Notes: generated from the letters alone by a model not told the origin. A stretch of 64,000 nucleotides of DNA from Chrysomallon squamiferum (GCA_012295275.1 CM022679.1:29760001-29824000), one strand, 5' to 3'; positions 17,353 to 40,560 are shown, numbered from the stretch's first letter. Numbers and translations: made by a program.

Positions 17353-18556
17353 AAATAATAATAATAATAATAAAGTTACCTTCGGTAAAGTATGAATACT
17401 ATAACAGCCACTGTCATAACAATGAGTGCGGCACCAAAAATACCAAGCGCCACTTTACTCCCTGAACTCAAACCAGACGCCGCAGTGTCAGCTGTGGACG
17501 TTGCCGCGCTGGAAACACGTGTTACTGACGACGGAGACGTCCTTGTCGTTGATTTCGGTTTCGACTGGGACGTTTTTGGTGTAGACTGAGATTTACCAGA
17601 TGTAGACCGAGATGGGTTTAATGTAGACTGGGAGGCGTTTTGAGACGTTTTTGGTGTAGACGGAGATTTACCAGATGTAGATCGAGATGGGTTTAATGTA
17701 GACTGGGAGGCCTTTTGAGATGTATTTGGTGTCGATTCGGACGTTGTTGATGTGGTTCTGTTTGGTGTAGACTGGGATGCTGTGCTAATTATAGACTGAG
17801 TTGTGTTAGGTGTCAACTGACTTGTGTTAGGTGTCAACTGAGTTGTGTTAGGTGTGAACTGAGTTGTGTCAGTTGTCAACTGAGTTGTGTTAGGTGTCAA
17901 CTGAGTTGTGTCAGTTGTAGACTGAGTTGTGTTAGGTGTCAACTGAGTTGTGTCAGTTGTAGACTGAGTTGTGTTAGGTGTCAACTGAGTTGTGTTAGGT
18001 GTAGACTGAGTTGTGTTAGGTGTCAACTGAGTTGTGTTAGGTGTCAACTGAGTTGTGTCAGTTGTAGACTGAGTTGTGTTAGGTGTCAACTGAGTTGTGT
18101 TAGGTGTCAACTGAGTTGTGTTAGGTGTCAACTGAGTTGTGTTAGATGTCAACTGAGTTGTGTCATTTGAAGACTGAGTTGTGTCAGGTGTAGACTCAGT
18201 TGTGGTAGGTTTAGTCTGAAATGTTGTTGATGTAGATTGAGACGCGGCTGAAATAGTAGACACAGAAATTCCTGTTGTTGGTTGTGATGTCTCAGTTGCC
18301 GTGGAGAGAGATTTTGTTGGAGAAGACATTACTGTAGATGTTGTAGATGTTGCCTCGTGTGTAGGATGATGTGTAGACGTTGATGAAATCTCAGCTGTTG
18401 TAGTTTTTTGTTTTGAAGATGATGTGTCTATTTCTGACACTGACGACGCTAACGTTTGCGATGCTGTTGTCGCAGCTAGCGTCGAAGTAGCGTTATCTAC
18501 AGATGTTGTATCATCTGAAATACAATTTATACATTAACGACGACGACGACGATGAC

Positions 18557-18593
<37 letters not shown>

Positions 18594-18966
18594 GTAGTAG
18601 TAGTAGTAGTAGTAGTAGTTGCAGCAGTAGCAGTAGTAACAACAACAACAATAATAATAATGATGACGACCTTTTTAAACATGAGAAATCAATAAGAAAA
18701 AGCAATAAGATATATAAAAAAAAAAAAGATATCAACAGCAAATAAGTAAATAAAATACAATTAAAATAAAATACGACAAAACAAAATAGAATAAAATAAA
18801 ATATCACAAAAAAAATAAAAAAAAAATAAAAAATAGTTAAATAAAAAAAATGTATTCTGTTACAAAAACAGTTAATTTTCATAAATAAACTGTTATCACG
18901 TGTAGATTAAAATCGTTTTTCTAGCCTCATAGAAATAAAATAGGTCACAGTTTAGCTGTAAGTCTG

Positions 18967-19046
<80 letters not shown>

Positions 19047-19121
19047 TTCTGTCCAGTAGCAGGTGTTAGTATTGTATTACAAGATATCCAGCTACTGACA
19101 GCGAAAGAAAATATAAGAATG

Positions 19122-19155
<34 letters not shown>

Positions 19156-19355
19156 AATGATAATAATAATAATAATGATAATAATAATAATAATAATAAT
19201 AATCTGATTATGAAACAGAGCGTGTAATGTAAGGAATTGAAATGTATTTGTTTATTTATTCTTTCATTTCTTTATTTGTTAAAGAAGAAAGAAAAAAAAA
19301 ATAATAATTTGATTATGAAATATCAGGGCATATATGTTTAACATATCTATGTGTT

Positions 19356-19434
<79 letters not shown>

Positions 19435-20754
19435 GTTACAAATAAATGATTTTTCTGTTATCAAAATTATTCTCTCTTAGCATAATATTATCCACAACGT
19501 GATTGCCACCCCCCATCCCATTTGTAACTTACGACTTTACGATAAATGTGCTTTATATATTATACTCTCCCAAAAAAGAAACGCAAAATGGTTGATTTCT
19601 TAGATAACTATTGTAAACTGACACATATCGATGAATATAATGAATATAATGACATTTGGTGATTCAAACGTATAGCTTTTGTTACAGTCGCCAAAAAGCA
19701 GGTAACACAAAAAGGCTATGATCTTGTTTATTAGCCAAAACGTCCCCGCGTGCAAACCACATTACCAGTGCATGTGCACGTGCGGCACATGAAAATTGAA
19801 AGCGAGGGTTATAAAAATGCAAGGTTTTCGAATACTTCTTATTTGTTCGATATTTTTGCTCTGACCCAACATCAAACAAATGCCACGACTGAGTGAACCG
19901 CAACGAAACAACGCCATCGGCCGTTTACAAGCTGGCGAATCCTTCTCGGCCGTAGCCCGGGTGTTCCATGTATCCCCAAGCACCATCTTGAAATTGTGGT
20001 ATCGTTCCAGTAACACCAAACAACACGTGACCGTCCCAGATCAGGCAGACCACGTGTAACCACCAGGGTACTTCATCTACGGGAAAGAACCACCATGGCA
20101 ACCTCTAATCTTCAGCAATACCAGGTATGTGTAGAATATCGGCTCAGACAGTGCGCAATCGTTTACGTGAGGCAGGTATTCGAGCCAGACGGCCTGTAAG
20201 AAGAGTGGTTTTGACTCGACAACATCGTCGACTACGACGTCAGCGGTATCAAGTGCACAGTCTCGCCTCAATTACGAAGGTACTGATATTATAACCTTCA
20301 ACTTTAAACTTTTCAATATTAATGAATTGCGAATGTGTGTGTAAAATGTGAACATTCTGCTGCTTTCTGTTGATCCATTAGATAGATATTCCCAATGCCA
20401 ATAAAATCTACTTTTGCGTTTCTTTTTTGTTAGAGTATATATACACACACAACTAAAATACTGATGTTGTATTTGCATGTAGAATAGTTTGGAAAACATC
20501 ATTTAGTTAGTTTTGTAGTGCTTACGTCTCTGAACTATAACGACGCAAATCCAGCCAACATCCACCGATTGTTTTATCGAACGCTAAACATTCTGCTGTT
20601 TATGGGAAGGTTTATATAAAAATGTTGCTTTTTGCTGCTTTTGGATTTCCTCTCTCTCCAAATCCAGTATATAAGAAATATTATGTTCTGTTATGCCGAA
20701 TTATCAAAGATATTAAAATCTATAGACAAAGACAAGCGGAGGAACACGCACGCA

Positions 20755-20785
<31 letters not shown>

Positions 20786-21146
20786 GTTTTCAGCCAAGCG
20801 TTTTAAAATGTTTGTGCTATAAATGAGAATCGTCGTGTTACACATCAACAGTAAGACGAAACCAGACGGAACGCTGTTGCAACGACAGCGAACCCGGACA
20901 TGATGTTCGTGTAGATCATTATGCGTGAACATCATCCTTGTTCACTGTGTTGTACTTCCTTATGCGTAAACATCATCCTTGTTCAAAACTGTCGTTTTTC
21001 AACAATTTATTTTTATTTAATAAGTTAATTTGTTATTTTTTATTTTTTTGTTGTTTTTTTATATTTTTTATTTAATATTTATTTTAGAATATTTTTTTTA
21101 TTTTATGATTTTTAATACTTTTATTTATTTATATTCTTTTATTTTT

Positions 21147-21184
<38 letters not shown>

Positions 21185-22237
21185 ATACTACGACTAATAC
21201 TACTACTACTACTACTAATAATAATAATAATAATTATTATTTTATTTTTTTTTTTTTTAAATTTTTTTTTTTTTTTTTCCACCCAGTAAGAATTTTCCTG
21301 TCTAATTACTGTATTCGACCAAAATCCCATTTGTCTGCTCATTGATCGGGAAGAACAGTCTTAATTACACATATTGTTTTATGCCAGCTTCGTGCATCAG
21401 TAAGCTTTGATGAAAGCGTCGACAAAACTTGCGTCATAATTTACCTTGACACAAACTCAGGGTTGACTGTTATCACTGTCGTATGTCAATACAGATGATA
21501 ACGTTTTATTTTTTATTTATTTATTTTTTTTTTTTTTTTTTTTTTCTGATTTAATGTCTTTCTGTCTACTTTCTTTTACAAAAATTGTTTCATCAAAAAA
21601 TCCAGGGCTTAATAAAAAAAAAAAAATGCCACACACTTTCTGTATTCTGGGCCCGCTCCTACTCATGAATTTACAACAGACAACTTGAACTGAAGGATAA
21701 TTTAAACGATATTTTATTGCTGTTGGATAAAGCATCGGGCTGTGAAAATGTCAGTAATATAACGTCTGATTCATTTGACCCAAATATCTGGCAGTTTCAA
21801 TAACTTGTTTTCATTTGCTAACATACCGACAATTTTGTTTTACATAATATTCAGTTTAGAAACAAATTTAATTTTCTCTCGATGAAGTAACTTTAAATAT
21901 AATGTGTGTTTTAAATTATTATTATTGTTATTGTTATTATTATTGTTATTATTTATTATTATTTATTATTATTATTATTTATTTATTATTGAAGAAATGG
22001 AAATGTAGGCCTATCTGTCTCTCTCAGGGCTTTTATTTATTTATTTATTTATTTATTTATTCTGATGGTGATGAAAATTACTGACATCAGAATACCTCAC
22101 ACTTGTTAAATCAATGTCGTTCTTTATTACTAAGAAACATTATTCATCATAATTCCACACATTTAGAAGTACGCAATTATATTTTGGCTACGTTTTCCTT
22201 ATCGTCATAATTTTGGCAAAAACGTCTTTCTTTTTCT

Positions 22238-22290
<53 letters not shown>

Positions 22291-23199
22291 TCTACTACTA
22301 CTACTACTACTTCTTCTTCTACTTCTTCTTACACTAGATAATGTAAGTGACTACATAGTTTAAAAAATACTACTACAAAGAAAAACGTCCTGTTTCCAGT
22401 TCTTCACAGCGGGTCACATTTTATTAAACGCGATGTCTTTTGTCAGTTCGATGATTCATTCACGACGTCAGCGTCTACGTCATTTGTGCAACGTTCGTTT
22501 TGAACGACGTCGTTTATCACGTTGTTTACTCGCACTCCGACCACGTTGCTGACGTGTGTCATGCGACGACGGCGTGTTTCTAAGTATCGTCATGTTCTAC
22601 GATTTACTGCACGCTCTCGTGTAACGAAATCCGGTGTCATTTTTATTTTTACTGCTGTACAGGGGCATATTCGGGGACAAAATAGAGGGGGGGCGCCAAT
22701 CATGGTGGTTATTATTTAAATATTAAATTCATTTAGTATTTAAAACTATATCCACCACAAGACTGGCACATATACACATACACATACATATACATATACG
22801 TTATTTATTTATATGTATATAACGTTTATCGTAATGTCGTAAGTTAAAAATGGGTGTGGGGTGGGGGTGGGTGTGGCAGTCACGTTGTGGGTTGATAATT
22901 TTATGTTAAGAGAGAATAACTTTGATAAACAACTTTGATAAACGAGTCTTTTTACGCTAACAGAAAAATTATTAAAATAAAATAAAATAAAATAAAATAA
23001 AAATAAGATTAATTACAATTCCAGGCAGGAACATTGCTGACTTGTATTTAGTTATCTTATTTACCTGCCTGTGACGGTGACTAAAATATATGTAGCTAAA
23101 AAGTAACGATTATCATTAATTACATCACACTGTAAAATATTGCAGTATTTTAGAAACTACATTACATTTTACATACCTATGTGCCTACCTACTTATATA

Positions 23200-23248
<49 letters not shown>

Positions 23249-23250
23249 CA

Positions 23251-23285
<35 letters not shown>

Positions 23286-23656
23286 CACACACATACACCC
23301 TCACACCCTCACACACATACACCCTCACACCCTCACACCCCCACACCCACACCCACACACCCACACACCCACACACACCCACACACACACACACCCCCAC
23401 ACACCCACACACACCCACACCCACACACACACCCACAACCACCCACCCACACCGTTCACTCAAACAAATACAAACGCCACCCAATCCGCTATAAAACGTG
23501 CACACAAACAAACTTAGATCTTATCTTACTCCTCACACAAAAATTACGAATACGGAAAACCTTATTTCACATACCTGTAGTGGTATCGTTTGCGGACGTC
23601 GACAGGTAAAACTGAATTATTAACAAGAAAATCCAAAAACACTTCACTGCTGACAT
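15623..23656 (-). CDS. Type I transmembrane mucin-like glycoprotein, 4 exons, about 449 aa
   Basis: Exons 23656-23575 (signal peptide MSAVKCFWIFLLIIQFYLSTSA), 18514-17380 (S/T-rich stalk, TM VALGIFGAALIVMTVAVIVFILY), 16355-16271 (KFRDRSWSLGPVSYKLWSFTNASYQNDE), 15670-15623 (GSLIIPKLSGYERLS*). All introns GT-AG with matching phases 1, 2, 0; 1350 nt in total. Confidence 0.8.
17793..18195. repeat. Coding 21-bp minisatellite (about 19 units) encoding TTQLTPN-type heptads
   Basis: Tandem gagttgtgttaggtgtcaact units inside the mucin stalk exon. Confidence 0.95.
19683..20260 (+). mobile_element. Truncated, frameshifted Tc1/mariner DNA transposon in mucin intron 1
   Basis: Starts TA|CAGTCGCCAAAAAG (Tc1-like left end). 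ATG at 19880 gives MPRLSEPQRNNAIGRLQAGESFSAVARVFHVSPSTILKLWYR, then in shifted frames RDRPRSGRPRVTT and RISAQTVRNRLREAGIRARRP: paired-like HTH, GRPR linker and second HTH of Tc1 transposases. DDE domain and right TIR absent. Confidence 0.88.
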
Positions 23657-26600
23657 TGTTTTGTTTTGTTGCTTTTTTCACCTCGGTATTAACACTGGAA
23701 TTTCTTCGTTATCCTTTACAATAAATGAAATATCATATTTGTCCAATACTATGAATCGCGACGTTAAAATGATAGCAGATAACTCGACAGGTAATCTGCT
23801 AACTACACACACACACACACTCACTGTGACACGGGACAGGTAAAATATGTGTTACCTGTACGAGACCTCGTACAACTGATAAGCCAGTGAGCGGGTGTAC
23901 ACGAATATTTCTGGGTGCGGCCGATTTGTCGATTATTGTAACGCTTAGCTTAAGTTTCGTTTTACAATTCGCGACGGATATGAATTGACAAAAAGATAGC
24001 AGGTTTTATTTCTCTTCTCGGAAAAGGAGCGTAGCGAATGCTTAAGAAAACATGACCCAAGTAACTAAATGAAAAGGAAAAAAAAGTGCTTGTTATTTGA
24101 AGTGAACTGCAGTTGAGGGTATATTATTATCTTTAATAGATTCTGTATAGATATGTTTTATAGCCGATTATTTTGTGTCGAAGTAGAATGAAGTAAAAAT
24201 GCTCGTGCCCGTTTCCTTTCTGTGTTGTTATGACATCATGTCGTATGAATGAACAGTAGATAGATTTTGGTCGCCGTCAACGAAAGTAAACGGGTAAAAT
24301 GCCTGTTATGACGTAATTTATTAATTACCTTATTTAACCTCGTAAATTGAAGCGCTTTTTCTTACAGAGCATGACAGTGTATCGGCAATGGAGCGCTCGC
24401 TCTGACACTGATCTCGTTCACGATACAATTTTTAGTTGTATCTCGGGGAAAGGATTTGACGTGTTTTAAACTTTACGAAATGTTTTTCCGAGTAGGTCTC
24501 TCTTTCTCTCTCTCAATAATTAAGTCAAATGTGCATCCTTTCTGTATTTTATTTTCACGTTTAATGAAATCAAGGGAAGGAGTTATTGTATTTTTATACC
24601 TCAATCACAAGAAGAAAAAAAAAACATTAGTGGTTCTTTTTTTCTTTTTTTTATTAGAAATATATTACACATATTTTGTGAAAGACAGACAAAGTGTTAA
24701 CAGAAGTAAAAGAAAACCAAAACGACCTGTAAATATATTTTAGATAAATCTATAACATTACTAACAAAACAAGGAAACTTATAGAGAAGAGATCAACACA
24801 CACGCACAGAACATTTATACAACAATTATGCATGTAAATCATTTTCAAATAAAGTGCACATATCTGTGTGTATGTGTGTGCACGTGGCTATATAAATAAA
24901 CACACAAACACATATAAAAATAAAAATATAATAATTCTTTCAGGATTTCCTTTAAATAAGAATTGGAAGACTACTTTTTATTTAAAATCATTCAAACAAG
25001 TTTTATTTAATGCTGAATATTAAGTGGTAATGAGAAAATGAAGGCAATAAATATTATCACAGTTTATCTGAATATTCAAAATATTAATTTTTATGAAGTA
25101 AAAGATAGTACGTTTTATTTGTAAAAACAAAATATAATTGTAATTTGTCTGTGAATATCTTTGATTCGTGAAGTAAAAATTATTATTACACAGTTTGTAA
25201 AGTCAAAATGTTATTATAATTTATCTTAATGGTGAAAATAGGAATAGTGTATTTGAATAATAAAAATATTACAAAATCTTTGGATTGTGTTTAAAAAAGT
25301 ATATTTTTGTGCAGTAAAAATGTGGTATACAAATAATAACAGTATGTAAATAAAAACTTAAAAAATGATAATAAATAACAGAATATAAATTTAAATTTAA
25401 ACTTAATAAAAAAATAGTTTCAATTAAACCCAATTTAAAAAATGTAAATGGTATGCAAAATGCCATATACAAAGTATTATAATTAAAATTTTAAATATTT
25501 ACAACAAAACCATTCAAAACATTAGAACTGAACATTTTTTTTGTTTATCTTCAAAATATTTATTTAAAAAACATAAATTTCCTTCTATAAATTTTGTAAA
25601 ATATAAATTTTAAAAATATCTGTTACATGTCTCTCAGCATTCCTTTCAAAATACTTTCCTTTATAGTCCTTTTTTTTTTTTTTTAATTTCTTTTTTGAAC
25701 TAATTTCTAAAATGAAATTATTATTTTTTTTTTTTTTTTTAGAAAAATCACATATCGATCTTTTTCATCATCTTGAATCATCTGTAATTAAATTCTTAAG
25801 AATTATTCTTTCATTAATTAATTATACCTTTTTATCAGTAAACTATTTTTGGATAACGTTTATTCTCTATTTCCAAACAACCACAGCTAGCTATATATAT
25901 ATATATATACACACACACACATGAAACTTACAAATAACAAAAAGAAGTTAACATCAAAATTAGCACTTAAACATCAAATCTGTCTAACAGTTTATAAAAA
26001 TATTTCTAGCGTTTGCCACACGTACTAAATACATTTCTGATTTTACTAAAATTCTAAAATGAACCACAGTGAAATGCATTTTGTAAATATCCTGAATACC
26101 TTTTACATCTTATTCTCATGTCACTGTTTTGTTTATAACGTGATACCAATCTTTGCTGACAGAAACAGTATATATATATATATATATATTACATTTTTCT
26201 TTCTTGTATAATTGGTATCATGTCACAACAAGAAAGGGGAAAAAACAAAACCTTCAAAAAAACACAACACCCACCAACACCCAATAAACCCACCCAGAAA
26301 ATATACACCCAGTAAATGGTTTCCATATTCGTGATTGCGTATCTGGTTAAATAACACAGAAATCTACAAAATGTATTTTGTTCATAATATCATGTGTACA
26401 TGTCTATAGATAAATAAAAACAATAAATAAATTAATAATAATAATAGTAATAGTAATAATAATAATAATAATAATGCTGATGCTGCTGTTACTACTACTA
26501 CTACTACTACTACTGCTACAACTAATCATTTAATACATTTAGGTAATTAGTTTCTGGCTCTGAGGTATAAAATAATTTGGAAATATAAAAATATATATTT

Positions 26601-27346
26601 ATATATATTTAACAACAATCAAACATTACAGAAACAATGACGCCAACAAAATACATTTTTGGCAAGAAAGAAAATAATCACCTGGAAAATACAAAAATAT
26701 CTTTACACTGAAACCTATCACCAAGAAAACAACAACAAAACAAAACCCCAACCCCCAAAAAAATAACAGCAGAAGAAATTTAACAAATAAAATAATAATT
26801 TGTAACAATATAAAAATTATGTTAAGCTGTAAGAAATATTAAAATATGCAGCCTGAAGAATTTTCAGTAAGGTGTCCATAACCAATACATTCTTGTCACT
26901 GTATCATCCCTTTGGTAAGAAACACAAAATAAAATAAATAATCATTCAGGAATGTTATTGAACTATATCAAGACCAAGTAAACTGTCCCAATAAGCAAAT
27001 TATTTTACTTCAAGAAAATAAATGAAGTTTAACCAACCCACATGTGCACAGTAGGAAGAAAATAATAAAATAAACATGTGGAAATGTCGGAAATCTTGAA
27101 AAAAAACCCAACAACCCCAAAACAACAAAGAACAAAAAGTTAAAAAAAACCAGATTTTTCTTCACCCCCACCAGAATATAATTTAGTAAGTATTCTAACT
27201 TAGTCACAGTCACATTTTTTTTTTTTTTATCAATAAAATATCACATTTTACATAAAATAAAATGAACTGAGGTTTGGATGCAGCACTGGTTACCAGTTCA
27301 AAGACTGTTATACAGTGGAGAAAGGGAGAGAAAAGTAGAAAACTGG

Positions 27347-35645
<8,299 letters not shown>

Positions 35646-36659
35646 GGTAACCCGAGTCAGCTGTAACCTGGTACAGATCAGTGAGATAAAGAACTATGGG
35701 CACTGAAACAAAAGAGAGATTTAATCTCAGTGGAAATAAATATCGGTGCTGTCTGTGATTGCTTGGCAACAATATTACTGATTTGTCGTTTGTAACATTA
35801 CTAACAATACATCTGAATGATGATGATGATGATGATGATGATAACTGTAATAAAATAATTATGTTGATAATACTAATAAATATAATGGTAATATTCATGC
35901 TAACACATACACACATACACAATATATATATATATACACACATCAATATATATGTATGTATATGTGTGTGTATATATATATATATATATACACACACACA
36001 TAGATTTTTTTTAAATGTATTTTATATATATATATATATGTATGTATGTATGTACGTGAGTGTGTAAATAAATAATTTATCAATTCACAATATCTTGATT
36101 CATAATAATTGCAGAATATGAAAGAAATGATAAAAATATATTTTTCATTAAAAATTAAATAATTATGTAGATTTAAAAGATAAAATTACTTATTTAATTA
36201 ATTATTATTATTATTATTTATTTATTTTGTTCTTATAATTTATAATTTATTTATAAGCTAGTTAAATTATTAATATTAATTTATATTACCAGTATTTTAT
36301 TTCACTTGTAAACAATGAATTTAAATTTTCTACGAAATTCAATAAATATTAATAAACGAGTTACTTAGCTTTCAATAACTAATGAAAAAACAAGTCTATA
36401 TTAACGTAATTCATAGATAATAGTTTAGACGAGTTTCACATGCAGGGCTTTTTTTAGGTATAAGGCAAACAAATAAAGTTTAGGGTATTCGCGGCTGAAT
36501 TCAGTTCTTGTAGCGCCTTATTCTCGAAATCCACTTACGAAACTGTGTCTTTACTGCTTTATAAAATTTTATCCTTTTGCATTAAGAAAAAACAACCTTA
36601 AACATATGTTTTCTAACAGTTTTATCGTAATTGTTTAGTTTAGTTCCGCTTACTACGGT

Positions 36660-37000
36660 AACTTCCTTCTTCAAACTTTCATTCAGTTTACATTCGTAAT
36701 TTAATACTTACCTGTTACGTTAAAAAATTAAATAAACTGCATGCCAGTTGTTAATAACGTAACATTTTGTATAATTCAATCTCCTTATGGTAGTTTTGTA
36801 TGCAGTATCGATTCCGCCATTATTAATGTAAACAATGATTATCAATTCAATTCTGACTCGCGTTCGTTATGGCTCGATACATTCCGTGTTATTCCGTAGT
36901 AACATCTGCTTCACGTCTGGTTCAACCATTTAAATGTATTTTTATCGTCTGCACAGTTGTATCACACATTTTTATAAATAAGTCAACCGATATTGTTCAA
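36660..37000 (-). promoter_or_regulatory. Probable non-coding first exon and promoter region of the SLC15 gene
   Basis: Strong donor CAG|gtaagtat at 36711/36710; YY1-like aatggcgg at 36814-36821; acceptor upstream of the ATG exon at about 35668. No transcript evidence. Confidence 0.45.
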
Positions 37001-37973
37001 AAGATATAATTCATTTATTATTTTATTTATTATATGTACATATATGTGTGTGCGTGCGTGTATAATATTAAATGTTAAAAAAATTCTGTTTTTTGTATTT
37101 TATTTTATTTTCTTCTTATACAATGAACGAGGGCTATGATTTCCTGCGTTTCTGGGATATCCGGTTATTTCCCGATCCAACCTGCTAACAGGGACCGAGG
37201 CATCATTTAAACCATAGTATGTACTGTTCTTCTAAATAATTTAAAATATTGATTTCCATAACACAACCTCGGTGTCACAACAATGGTTAATCTTAGTGTA
37301 GTATGCACCGGTTTTTCTTAGTGGTACTGGCACATTTAAATGTTTATATTTATCGATATTGCTGTTGTTGTTGTTGTTGTTGTTGTTGTTATTATTATTA
37401 TTATTCATTATTGCATCTGCATTTTTCTTCTTCAACGCATCTGTTTTCTATTTTTTAATTTATTCAACCAGAATATTACTAAAATTACTCTTCAATGTTT
37501 TATTTTTTAAAATTTGTTTTTATTACTTCTGTATTTCTTTTGACCTCATTGATTATCGAGCGAGGTTAAATCTAATTATTTTCAAAATGTGCAATTGCCG
37601 GTCTAACGTTTTTGAAAACATATAACATTTCTTTCCTTTTGTGTTTTCTGTTTGCAGTGTTAATACAATTACTTGGTTCTCGTAATACATACATGTAAAC
37701 CCATTGATCAAGGTATGTTCTGTTTGAATGTCCATTTCAAATACCTTGGACATTCGCCATGACTTATACACCGACCCACCTACATAAACACACGCCCAGT
37801 CATACATACACGCAAACACGCACACACAAACATATACACAGAAAGAGAGAAGCGGAGAGGAAGAGAGGGAGAAAACGAGACCGGGACAGAAAAAAAGAGA
37901 GAAAGATAGATAAATAGAAAGATAGATAAATAGAAAGATAGACAGACAGGAGTAAAGAAAATGAAATAGAATC

Positions 37974-38030
<57 letters not shown>

Positions 38031-38403
38031 ATTTAAAAGTAGCAAAACATTTACTGGAAATAGTTTTTCGTTTCCATGTGGTTTTAATGAAACATAATGC
38101 AGCTTTAAAAAAATAAAAAAATAAATAAGTAAACCAGTAATTAACATTTTTTATTACTTTTTTTTAAACTTTCTTATTAATAAAATATAAAAAAGAGTAT
38201 TTACATAATTCTTGCTACAAATATCTAGCTCACACGAAACATGAATTTAATTATCATATATCCTCATAAATGAGGGAATATTATCATCAATTAGCAAAAC
38301 GGTGTCTTTTTACTTTTCGATAATCCTAACAAAAACGTTCATATTTTACATCGTTTAGAAGTATCCAATATATTTCTTCTGGAAACGAATCATTGATCGT
38401 GTA

Positions 38404-38470
38404 TCACTCTGAAAATAAAAGAAAATTCATGCATCATTAATTATTACATTCTTAGAAGAAGAAGAAGAAT

Positions 38471-38554
<84 letters not shown>

Positions 38555-39003
38555 CAAAATATGAAGATTTATATCGATAATTGTTTATTCTGTTTTTCTG
38601 TATCGTTAATTACATAAAAAAGAAGAAGAAGAAAAGAAACTACTACTTATAATACTACTGCTACTGATAATAATAATAAAATTATAAACAAAAAAAGAAG
38701 GATCTATGACCAAACTGTTTAATCTAAACAATGTAAACCTGGTTAATAGAGGGAGACTTAAAGATACCAAGTTTTTCTGTTTTCTGTACCTTAAAGCATG
38801 ATTATTTGAACAGTCCAAAGAAGAATTATAAACAAAGAAGGATCTATGACCAAACTGTTTAACTAAACAATGTAAACCTGGTTAATAGAGGGAGACTTAA
38901 AGAGCCAAGTTTTGTACCTGAAAGCTGATTATTTGAACAGTCCAAAGAAGAGTGAAACCAGTATGAGAGTCACTGACGCAGTCACCATAGTGCCGTCTCA
39001 TGA

Positions 39004-39053
<50 letters not shown>

Positions 39054-39311
39054 CAATAATAAGAAGAAGAAGAAAGCGAGCAACAACAACATTTTATAAT
39101 AATTCTTTTAAGATTTGCTAGAGCAAGATTCCTAAACTAGCGACTAGATATTTGTGATACGCTGTCAGACAATATTCATTCATTATTATTTATTATCTTT
39201 TACTTCATTTCTCTTTACTCTGAAACTGTAAAGAGGAAAAAGTCAAAACTGTAAATTTACTTCATGAAAATGTAATATTAAACACACACACACCTATCCA
39301 AACGCGCGCAT

Positions 39312-39356
<45 letters not shown>

Positions 39357-39638
39357 TGCCAGCATACACACAAATCACACTAAATTAACACAAACTTGAA
39401 ACAATTAAAATCTAAACTAAAAATAAGACAGTCAATATTTATAAGGATTTTCAAGAAATATAAATAATTATTACCACAAAACGTGGAGATGAAGTTGTTG
39501 GCAGTACTTAAAATGCTGCTGTAAGTACCATCTTCAGAACAACCAGCGCCGGCAACACAGTTGACAAACACACTGTATACCCTAGGATTATAAACACATA
39601 CACACATACATACGTACATACATACATACATACATACA

Positions 39639-39674
<36 letters not shown>

Positions 39675-40375
39675 TATATATAGAAAACATTTCTTTTAAA
39701 ATGTTATTACTACATTTGTATTATTATTATTATTGTTGTTGTTGTTGTTGTTGTTATTGTTATTATTGTTATTATTATTAATCTTATTATTATTATTATT
39801 ATTATTATTAGCTAATTGTTAGAAATGAAAAATATAATTGTTGGTTATAAGAATACAACCGTGTTAACTTGAGTTTTAATAAATACAAAAATAAAGTTTT
39901 AAATTTTCGTTTTAAAAATGACCTCCACTCACTGACACAGTTTGCTGACATCGATGCCTGCAACAGAAACATCATTTGTATATGTCGATGTACATACATC
40001 ACCTTCTGTTGTGTTACACTGACCAGTCACCACAGCAGCGACACCTAGTGAAAGAAAAAAAATAAATTCTTTTTGGAAATTCTGTAACCTCGACTACTGA
40101 TATTTTAAAGTCTCTTATCTTGCTTTCTTTCTTTCTATATCTTCCTCTCTCTGTCTCTGTTCTGTCTTTTTCTTTTTCATTCTCTCTATCGGTAGATTTA
40201 TCTCTGTCTCTCCTAATTTACTTCTTTCTGTCTTTTAACGAATGTATTTATTTATATATCTTTGTCTGTCTGACTGTCTGTCTCTCGATTGATCTATCGA
40301 TTTATATCTATCAACTTTTCTCTCATCCGTGTTCTCTCTCACTTCCTACGTAATTTGTCTGATTTACTCGAAACT

Positions 40376-40433
<58 letters not shown>

Positions 40434-40510
40434 AAATCAACATAAACATAATAAATTAATATCTTAAACTTACCAAATAAAAGGACTAACAGCAACATTA
40501 CAGTCTTCAT
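38404..40510 (-). CDS. Small secreted six-cysteine protein, copy A (86 aa, family not recognised)
   Basis: Exons 40510-40474 (MKTVMLLLVLLF), 40044-39933 (GVAAVVTGQCNTTEGDVCTSTYTNDVSVAGIDVSKLC), 39581-39475 (QVYSVFVNCVAGAGCSEDGTYSSILSTANNFISTFC), 38408-38404 (E*). GT-AG introns, phases 1, 2, 1, conserved in paralogs; TATA box about 50 nt upstream. Confidence 0.8.
38693..38952. repeat. Local tandem duplication of about 140 bp in intron 3 of copy A
   Basis: aaagaaggatctatgaccaaactgttta...gattatttgaacagtccaaagaaga occurs twice; single copy in paralog D at 59770-59884. Confidence 0.85.
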
Positions 40511-40560
40511 GTTAGCAGCTAAGTGATCACTAACATACACAAATGAACTGGAGGCACAAT

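Noticed and set aside
22658-22705. caggggcatattc...ggggggcgcc resembling a MITE terminus
   Set aside because: No partner inverted repeat or target-site duplication found.
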